The translations under genes were made by a program, and so were the position numbers. A DNA stretch of 5,001 bases, from positions 1 to 5,001 of the forward strand of contig JAPYVP010000028.1 of assembly GCA_028276785.1 (NCBI GenBank), written 5' to 3'. The DNA is from Candidatus Nanopusillus sp. (GTDB lineage: Archaea; Nanobdellota; Nanobdellia; Nanobdellales; Nanobdellaceae). Each line of letters starts with the position of its first letter. Within the stretch, counting starts at the first letter, position 1. Below, one piece after another: positions 1-4,917 of the stretch. Below the pieces are notes generated by a model. That model was not told the origin of the DNA and made no database searches. It worked only from the letters and a program-made list of their open reading frames with translations.

Positions 1-703
1 TAAAATATACATTTGAACCATTACTATTAATTAAATTAAATAATGTTATATTATTTACATAAGCAAAATTAGGACCAATATTTATTGTTCCGTTACATAT
101 TGCTATTTGTTGTTGGAATGGAGATGGAGTAGGAATATTTTGGGTATTGTATAATGTTAAAGGTAGATAAAATAATTGACTAGTAGTATTATTTAGATAG
201 CTACTAGAATTATTACTAGAATTAAAAGCATATAATAGATTAAACTTATTATTTAGTATATTGTAACTATAACTAATTCCATTAAATACAAAATTCATAC
301 TTTTAATATAATTTGTATCATTATAATAACAAGTATTATTTAATATATAACATAAACCACTACTTCTTGAAGGTATTATATTTCCATTATTACATATAAT
401 ATTACTGCCATTTATTGACATAGTATTTCCATTATTATCTGTGAATATTATTACAGAATTATTTATATTTATTGGAACATTTCCATTATTATAGATATTA
501 AAATAAATAGTATTATTTGAACAATATATATTCACTATTTGAAAAGATACCATTTGAGATTGCTGATTAACTAAATTATTTGATGAAGATGTTAAAGAAC
601 TAAACATACCAGAAGTAAATGCATAAAATATTCCAGCAATTGCAACTGTAATAACAATTATTAATATAGATGCTATTATTGGAGATATGGATCTTATATA
701 CAT
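1..703 (-). CDS. Archaeal type IV pilin-like / class III signal peptide surface protein (partial; C-terminus lies beyond window position 1)
   Basis: This ORF is not in the supplied track because it has no stop inside the window. I checked by hand that the frame from ATG at 703-701 stays open to position 2 (234 codons), and an in-frame stop lies just upstream at 725-727. The N-terminus MYIRSISPIIASILIIVITVAIAGIFYAF has a short basic leader, an R-S|I-S-P type prepilin peptidase site and a hydrophobic helix, matching the archaeal Pilin_N (PF07790-like) pattern. The remainder is about 20% Asn, carries about 13 N-X-S/T sequons and has 5 Cys. Confidence 0.7.
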   Translation of the reverse strand, partial: MYIRSISPIIASILIIVITVAIAGIFYAFTSGMFSSLTSSSNNLVNQQSQMVSFQIVNIYCSNNTIYFNIYNNGNVPININNSVIIFTDNNGNTMSINGSNIICNNGNIIPSRSSGLCYILNNTCYYNDTNYIKSMNFVFNGISYSYNILNNKFNLLYAFNSSNNSSSYLNNTTSQLFYLPLTLYNTQNIPTPSPFQQQIAICNGTINIGPNFAYVNNITLFNLINSNGSNVYF

Positions 704-723
704 ATTATATCTGTTTTTTTTAG

Positions 724-731
724 TTTATAAA
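724..731 (-). promoter_or_regulatory. TATA box (TTTATAAA) for the pilin-like gene; leaderless geometry
   Basis: The octamer TTTATAAA sits 20 nt upstream of ATG 703. No SD-like sequence lies in between (CTAAAAAAAACAGATATAAT). The same octamer occurs at 22-23 nt before three other start codons in the window. Confidence 0.55.
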
Positions 732-747
732 TATTTTATGGTAAGGG

Positions 748-769
748 AAGATTAAGAAAAGATTAAGAA
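748..769. repeat. Perfect tandem direct repeat, 2 x 11 nt (AAGATTAAGAA on +; TTCTTAATCTT on -)
   Basis: Read directly: 748-758 equals 759-769. It lies 17-45 nt upstream (minus sense) of the pilin-gene TATA box and downstream of the tRNA. The 11-nt period is about one helical turn. Confidence 0.9.
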
Positions 770-771
770 TG

Positions 772-781
772 GATCATGATC
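772..781. promoter_or_regulatory. Perfect 10-bp palindrome GATCATGATC, a candidate protein-binding site
   Basis: The sequence is self-complementary as read directly. It is relatively GC-containing in an otherwise AT-rich spacer and abuts the 11-nt tandem repeat. Function is unknown. Confidence 0.4.
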
Positions 782-791
782 TATAATATAT

Positions 792-804
792 AAAAAATCT
801 TAAA
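792..804 (-). terminator. Oligo-T termination signal after tRNA-Val
   Basis: The minus-strand sequence just 3' of the tRNA discriminator reads TTTAAGATTTTTTA. That is a T3 followed by a T6 run (+ 792-797 is A6). Archaeal RNA polymerase terminates at oligo-T tracts. Confidence 0.45.
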
Positions 805-877
805 TGGGACCGCGGGGATTCGAACCCCGGACCTCCGCCTTGTAAGGGCGGCATCATAGCCACTAGACTACGGTCCC
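805..877 (-). tRNA. tRNA-Val: tRNA-Val, anticodon UAC, 73 nt, no intron, no encoded CCA
   Basis: The reverse complement reads GGGACCGTAGTCTAGTGGCTATGATGCCGCCCTTACAAGGCGGAGGTCCGGGGTTCGAATCCCCGCGGTCCCA. The acceptor stem is GGGACCG/CGGTCCC. The D-arm has the AGTGG loop. The anticodon stem is CCGCC/GGCGG with loop CTTACAA (anticodon TAC). The variable loop is AGGTC, the T-arm is CGGGG-TTCGAAT-CCCCG and the discriminator is A. One U-U mismatch closes the D-stem. GC is 47/73 by hand count. Confidence 0.95.
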
Positions 878-902
878 TCTCATTTAATATTTTTTGTAAA
901 AA

Positions 903-910
903 TTTTAAAA
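903..910 (-). promoter_or_regulatory. Candidate TATA-like box (TTTTAAAA) for tRNA-Val, overlapping the stop codon of orf122
   Basis: An A/T box lies 25 nt upstream of tRNA position +1 (G877). The gap between the orf122 stop (905-907) and the tRNA is only 27 nt, so any dedicated tRNA promoter must overlap the CDS end. The box is degenerate relative to TTTATAAA. Confidence 0.35.
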
Positions 911-1273
911 TACTATTGAAGACTCATATTCAATTTCTGGAGTCTTTAAATATACTATAATTTTATCTTCTTTTATTTTTCTTCTTATTGATAATAAACC
1001 TTTATCTAAATAAATATTAAATACGTAATATTCCATTTCATTCATTTCATTACTTTTTGTCAACCTTTCGCAGTCAATTATTTTACAATTTTTTATATTT
1101 AATATTTCAAAATCAGAAGTCATATTTGAACCTGCTATAAACGTTAATCCATTTTCTTCAGATAGTCTAATATAATATTTATCTTTTACGCATTCTACAT
1201 ATGTTCCTTCTCTATATTGTCCTCCACTTATTTTACAAAAAATTTCAAATTCTTTTTTAATTTTATTTTCCAT
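905..1273 (-). CDS. Hypothetical protein, 122 aa, four Cys (C13, C28, C63, C68; CKIIDC = CX4C)
   Basis: Track ORF. Its ATG (1273-1271) overlaps the TAA stop of the upstream DUF59 gene as TAATG (1275-1271), a classic translational-coupling junction. I recognise no family. Confidence 0.6.
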   Translation of the reverse strand: MENKIKKEFEIFCKISGGQYREGTYVECVKDKYYIRLSEENGLTFIAGSNMTSDFEILNIKNCKIIDCERLTKSNEMNEMEYYVFNIYLDKGLLSIRRKIKEDKIIVYLKTPEIEYESSIVF

Positions 1274-1569
1274 TATAGTCCCAATTGTTTCCTTACTTCT
1301 GGGCTTATTCTATCTAAACTCCACCTATTTTCAAAATCTATTTCTATTTTTGAATTTTCATATATATTTAATTCTTTTAATTTTTCATCTATTTGTTCCA
1401 AAATTGCTGATATATATGGACAAAGGGGTGAGGTGGGTAAAAATTTTATAATATACATTCCATTTTCTTCCCTAATATCTTCTATTTCTCCTAAAGATAC
1501 TATATCATACCCAAGTTCTGGATCCACAACCTCTCTTAATTTATTTAATATATCTTCAACCTTTACCAT
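1273..1569 (-). CDS. DUF59 / MIP18-family (SufT-like) Fe-S cluster assembly protein, 98 aa
   Basis: VVDPELGYDIVSLGEI followed by LPTSPLCPY (T-x-x-x-C-P, Cys50) is the DUF59 hallmark, and single-domain DUF59 proteins are about 100 aa. The ATG overlaps the trxB stop (ATGGTAA, 1569-1563). Confidence 0.85.
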   Translation of the reverse strand: MVKVEDILNKLREVVDPELGYDIVSLGEIEDIREENGMYIIKFLPTSPLCPYISAILEQIDEKLKELNIYENSKIEIDFENRWSLDRISPEVRKQLGL

Positions 1570-2534
1570 TTCTTTGTTTTAATATACATGAAGGCATTAT
1601 ATGCAGCTACAGCACCTTGTGCTGCTGAAGTAACAACCTGTCTTAAATTACATATTTGTGTTGTTACATCTCCTGCAGCAAGTAATCCTTTTACATTTGT
1701 TTTTCCGCATTGATCTACAACTATATGTCCACTTTCATCCATATTTACATTTAAACCTTTAACAATTTCAGATAATGGTACTAATCCTATTGCTATGAAT
1801 AATCCATCTAATTTTATTGAACTAATTTCTCCTGTTTTTGTATCTTGTAAAATTACTTCCTCAACTTTTTCAGTTCCCTTTATTTCTTTTACAACTTTAT
1901 TTAATAAGAATTTTATTTTTGGATTCTTTTTTGCTTCTTCAACTTCTACAGGATCTGCTCTAAATTCATCTCTTCTATGAATTATATATACTTCCTTTGC
2001 ATGTTGTACAAGTACATGTGCATCATGGAATGCACTATTTCCTCCACCAACTACCCCAACTATTTTATCTTTAAAAAGCGGAGCATCACATTCTGCACAA
2101 TATGATACACCTCTTAAATTTTCTCCTGGGACATTTAATTTTTTTCTTTGAGAACCAGTTGCAATTATAATAACTTTTGCAATAAATTCTTTACCTAGAT
2201 TTGTAAGAACTTTAAATCTTTCATCGGGTAATTTTTCAATTCTAACAACGCTTTCTAACAATGTTTTAGCTCCATATTTTTCTGCATGTTTTTTAAATAG
2301 TTTTCCCATTTCAGATCCTTTAAAGTTTTCCAATCCAGGATAATCATCAATAATATTTGCATCATTCAATGTTCCTCCAATATCTTTTGTTATTACTAAT
2401 GTTTTTAGTCTATATCTTCCACAATATAATGCAGCAGTATAACCTGCAGGACCCCCTCCCACAATAATTACATCCCATTCTTTATCTAAATTTTCTATAT
2501 TAGATATATTACTCAGTGATAAATTTATCGGCAT
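1563..2534 (-). CDS. trxB: Thioredoxin reductase (low-Mr, FAD/NAD(P)H-dependent), 323 aa
   Basis: FAD motif VIIVGGGPAGYTAALY. Redox-active disulfide YCAECDAPLF (C146/C149, nt 2088-2099). NAD(P)H Rossmann motif GVVGGGNSAFHDA plus HRRDEFRA. C-terminal FAD motif LLAAGDV...TSAAQGAVAA. Confidence 0.95.
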   Translation of the reverse strand: MPINLSLSNISNIENLDKEWDVIIVGGGPAGYTAALYCGRYRLKTLVITKDIGGTLNDANIIDDYPGLENFKGSEMGKLFKKHAEKYGAKTLLESVVRIEKLPDERFKVLTNLGKEFIAKVIIIATGSQRKKLNVPGENLRGVSYCAECDAPLFKDKIVGVVGGGNSAFHDAHVLVQHAKEVYIIHRRDEFRADPVEVEEAKKNPKIKFLLNKVVKEIKGTEKVEEVILQDTKTGEISSIKLDGLFIAIGLVPLSEIVKGLNVNMDESGHIVVDQCGKTNVKGLLAAGDVTTQICNLRQVVTSAAQGAVAAYNAFMYIKTKKW

Positions 2535-2556
2535 AGAAAAGATATGTTTAAAAAGA

Positions 2557-2564
2557 TTTATAAA
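2557..2564 (-). promoter_or_regulatory. TATA box (TTTATAAA) for trxB; leaderless geometry
   Basis: The octamer is 22 nt upstream of ATG 2534, inside the 47-nt spacer after the orf143 stop. There is no SD-like sequence (TCTTTTTAAACATATCTTTTCT). Confidence 0.55.
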
Positions 2565-2581
2565 TGGAAACTTTAATAATT

Positions 2582-3013
2582 TTAGAAAATAGGTACTTTG
2601 ATTATCATTCCTACAGGTCCTCTATAATTTATTAATTGATATAAATTCATATTATTTGTTATTATTTCTATTTTACTTTTTAAGTTATGATCTGGTGATA
2701 TTTCCACTGGTTTTCTATTCATACTCTTTTCTAACTGACTTTGTTGGGATCCTCTATAAAATACTCTAACAACAATTCCATCTAATTTAGGTCTATACAG
2801 ATTAGACAATTCCTTATTATATTTTGCTAAATCTTCTGTAATTTTTTCATAATGATTTTCTGGTATAATTATGGTCGCAATTACATTGATTGGATTTTTA
2901 GGGTTTTTAATATCCAAGTATGAAGCCCTATGTATATTAATAAGATATATCCCTGTACTTATTGTTGTTATTGGCTCGTCTTTTGTATCAATTGTTCTAT
3001 AGTTACTAAACAT
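2582..3013 (-). CDS. Hypothetical protein, 143 aa from ATG 3013 (the track gives 146 aa from TTG 3022); contains no cysteine
   Basis: Track ORF. The first codon of the track ORF is TTG (3022-3020), and the first ATG is at 3013-3011. The TATA octamer at 3037-3044 is 23 nt from ATG 3013 (same as the PDO gene) but only 14 nt from the TTG, so I prefer ATG 3013. I recognise no family. Confidence 0.55.
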   Translation of the reverse strand: MFSNYRTIDTKDEPITTISTGIYLINIHRASYLDIKNPKNPINVIATIIIPENHYEKITEDLAKYNKELSNLYRPKLDGIVVRVFYRGSQQSQLEKSMNRKPVEISPDHNLKSKIEIITNNMNLYQLINYRGPVGMIIKVPIF

Positions 3014-3036
3014 AAAATTCAATATGTACTTTAAAA

Positions 3037-3044
3037 TTTATAAA
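3037..3044 (-). promoter_or_regulatory. TATA box (TTTATAAA) for orf143
   Basis: The octamer is 23 nt upstream of ATG 3013 and begins 8 nt after the PDO stop codon (3052-3054). Confidence 0.5.
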
Positions 3045-3051
3045 AAATATA

Positions 3052-3756
3052 TTATTTAGAAACCTTTTCCAAACTCTCTTTTATTTTATTAGCAAATATC
3101 TCCATTTCTCCAATAGCCCCCTCCCATTCTGTTAAAACCTTTCCATCTTTATTTATTATTGCAATATGTGGTACGCCATATACTTTGAATTTTTCTGCAA
3201 ATTCTGGAAATTCATAAGATTCAATCATTATTCCCCTAATATTACTTTTTACCATTGCGAATTGATGAGCATGGTGTGTCATATATGGACAATATGGACA
3301 TGTAGGAGTTACAAATACATAAATATCTATGGGTTCATTTATTGATGCTAATTTTTTTGCTGTAGCCCCATCTATGTCGAAATGGTCATTTGATACATGT
3401 ATTATATCTTCTAAGAATATTGGAAATTCTTCTCCAGATGGTAATCCATAATATATAATCCCTGGATATTTCTTAAATACAAATATTGGTCCCCTTCTAT
3501 TTCCATATTTATCTATTAATAAATTTTTATTTTTCATTTCTTCTTCTACTTTTGGATCATATGCATCTAAGAATTCAAACTTTATCTTATTATTTATTTG
3601 CATTAATAATTCTCCAATTTTTCTTGCAAAATCACTAGTTTCTTTATTATTTTTTTCATCTAGGTATACAACTATTTCTACCGGATTTTTCAAACTTTTA
3701 TCAAACATTTCTTTTAATGTTTTTTTGTCTTCTTCGCTTAGAATTTCTTCAGCCAT
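3052..3756 (-). CDS. Protein disulfide oxidoreductase (PDO, glutaredoxin-like, two thioredoxin-fold units) with a single CPYC active site, 234 aa
   Basis: Size and layout match archaeal or Aquifex PDOs of about 225-235 aa. The C-terminal unit has VFVTPTCPYCPY (C153/C156, nt 3289-3300) and the cis-Pro loop YGVPHIAI. The N-terminal unit has the fold-like pattern VEIVVYLDEK...GPIFVF but NKET (nt 3637-3648) where the first CXXC normally sits. The gene lies next to trxB. Confidence 0.8.
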   Translation of the reverse strand: MAEEILSEEDKKTLKEMFDKSLKNPVEIVVYLDEKNNKETSDFARKIGELLMQINNKIKFEFLDAYDPKVEEEMKNKNLLIDKYGNRRGPIFVFKKYPGIIYYGLPSGEEFPIFLEDIIHVSNDHFDIDGATAKKLASINEPIDIYVFVTPTCPYCPYMTHHAHQFAMVKSNIRGIMIESYEFPEFAEKFKVYGVPHIAIINKDGKVLTEWEGAIGEMEIFANKIKESLEKVSK

Positions 3757-3779
3757 TTAGTAATATATAACACCATTAT

Positions 3780-3787
3780 TTTATAAA
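3780..3787 (-). promoter_or_regulatory. TATA box (TTTATAAA) for the PDO gene
   Basis: The octamer is 23 nt upstream of ATG 3756 and 4 nt after the DUF763 TGA stop (3792-3794). The whole spacer is 35 nt. Confidence 0.55.
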
Positions 3788-3791
3788 TTTA

Positions 3792-4886
3792 TCATATATC
3801 TATTAATTCATTTAATTTTCTCAAAGATCTTAACTTAAAATTATTATTAACTTTTGCTTCTTCAATTGCGTTCTTTAATAGTTCTGCTTCTTCTAACATT
3901 AATGATTTTTTAACATAATATGGTTTTCCGACCTTTGTTCCATGTGCAAATGTATATATTATTGGATCTTTCCATGATAATTCACTTCCATATATTATTT
4001 TTGCAGTATATGCTAATGCTCTTAACAATCCAGGTCCAATGCCTTTTATAAAAAGTAAGTCTTTGAAATTTTCTACAGTTCTATTAATTTCTAATGCCTT
4101 CCAATATATTTTATCAGGTATTTTCAAATAATAAGGTAATTCTTGGTAAAATATATATTTATTGTCTTCATCCTTATTAATATATTTTAATATAGTATTA
4201 TTTTTATTTTGATAAGATTTTAATCTTATTATATATTCTTTTATTTTCTCTATTCTTTCATTATTAATTATTTCCAAAATATCTTTCCTTAATTCTTCAG
4301 ATTCCTTTGATGATAAATTTAGTGTTTTTGTATTTGATCCAAAACCAATTTGTGAGTCATCAAAATAATTTATATTTATCCAATGAAATCTTCTAACCCT
4401 TTGTTCTTTTATTGACATTTTTTGATTTATAATTGTCATATTACCTTTTTCGTCAGAAATTAAAAAATGAAAATATAAATTATATCCATCTTGAACTAAA
4501 TAATTATCAACTTTTGCAGAAGTTATCGATGCATCTTTTATTTTATCCTTTAATTTATCTTTTATATCTTTAGTTTCTATTTCTTCAGTTATTTTGGAAT
4601 CTTTTCCTTTTCCTCCTAAAACAATTATTGGTAGATTATCTTCTATAGATATTTCTTTTAATGCTTTTAGTGTTACAGTAGTCATTCCAGAATAATTCCA
4701 TTCAAATCCAAGTAAGCATGCTAAAGAATTAAACCATAACGGATTTGAATATCTTTTTATTAATTCTTCTGTCCCAAATTCTTCAATAATTACTTTTATT
4801 ATACTTCTTTCTAATTCTTTTAATTCTTTATAATGTGGGACAGGTCCCTTTGCCAATCTTAATTCAACATCACCCACCTTTTTCAT
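3792..4886 (-). CDS. DUF763-family protein (function unknown), 364 aa
   Basis: Blocks I recognise as DUF763 (PF05559-like): N-terminal L-x-KGPVP...FG.EELI.RYSNPLWFNSLACLLGFEWNYSGMTTVT, then GGKGK, SAKVDNYLVQDGYNLYFH, RVRRFHW. The C-terminus has the HhH-like FIKGIGPGLLRALAYTAKIIYG (nt 3987-4061), followed by SWKDP..YTFAHGTKVGKPYYV. Confidence 0.75.
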   Translation of the reverse strand: MKKVGDVELRLAKGPVPHYKELKELERSIIKVIIEEFGTEELIKRYSNPLWFNSLACLLGFEWNYSGMTTVTLKALKEISIEDNLPIIVLGGKGKDSKITEEIETKDIKDKLKDKIKDASITSAKVDNYLVQDGYNLYFHFLISDEKGNMTIINQKMSIKEQRVRRFHWININYFDDSQIGFGSNTKTLNLSSKESEELRKDILEIINNERIEKIKEYIIRLKSYQNKNNTILKYINKDEDNKYIFYQELPYYLKIPDKIYWKALEINRTVENFKDLLFIKGIGPGLLRALAYTAKIIYGSELSWKDPIIYTFAHGTKVGKPYYVKKSLMLEEAELLKNAIEEAKVNNNFKLRSLRKLNELIDI

Positions 4887-4909
4887 TATAAATTATTTAT
4901 CTAAATTGT

Positions 4910-4917
4910 ACTTAAAA
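4910..4917 (-). promoter_or_regulatory. Candidate degenerate TATA-like box (TTTTAAGT) for the DUF763 gene
   Basis: It lies 23 nt upstream of ATG 4886, matching the spacing at the other genes, but the sequence matches TTTATAAA poorly. Confidence 0.3.

Noticed and set aside
714-721. T8 run on the + strand as a terminator
   Set aside because: No + strand gene precedes it. On the minus strand it is an A8 tract inside the TATA-to-ATG spacer of the pilin-like gene, so it is not a terminator for any supported transcript.
772-800. C/D-box sRNA (ATGATC resembling a C box; a similar ATGATCTGA occurs on the minus strand near 4940-4950)
   Set aside because: Neither site has a proper RUGAUGA C box paired with a terminal CUGA D box and internal C'/D' boxes at sRNA-like spacing. 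They are only fragmentary matches.
704-904. tRNA-Val as an integration site for a mobile element (att repeat or integrase)
   Set aside because: I looked for a duplicated copy of the tRNA 3' half elsewhere in the window and for integrase or transposase-like ORFs and saw neither. The flanking genes look like ordinary chromosomal genes.
1217-1582. Track ORF of 121 aa on the + strand
   Set aside because: It lies entirely antisense to the DUF59 gene and the start of orf122. Its product is low-complexity F/S/I/N-rich sequence, as expected from reading AT-rich coding DNA backwards. It has no motif and no promoter or start context. It is most likely a spurious shadow ORF.
1795-1980. Track ORF of 61 aa on the + strand
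   Set aside because: It lies antisense inside the confidently assigned trxB gene. It is short, low-complexity and has no supporting signals.
3014-3022. TTG at 3022 as the start of the 146-aa track ORF
   Set aside because: TTG is only 14 nt from the TATA octamer, too close for the promoter geometry seen at the other genes. ATG 3013 sits at the recurrent 23-nt spacing. This is kept as an alternative only.
4045-4052. A fifth TTTATAAA octamer
   Set aside because: It lies inside the DUF763 CDS (codons F-I-K of FIKGIGPG) and no ATG follows at 20-23 nt on either strand. It is a chance occurrence expected in DNA this AT-rich, and it shows the octamer alone is not proof of a promoter.
4533-4586. Repetitive K/D-rich stretch (EEIETKDIKDKLKDKIKD) in the DUF763 gene as a possible nucleotide repeat element
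   Set aside because: It is in frame within the CDS and falls in what I recall as a variable linker of the family. It is explained by AT-biased codons (AAA/GAT/ATA) and is not an independent repeat.
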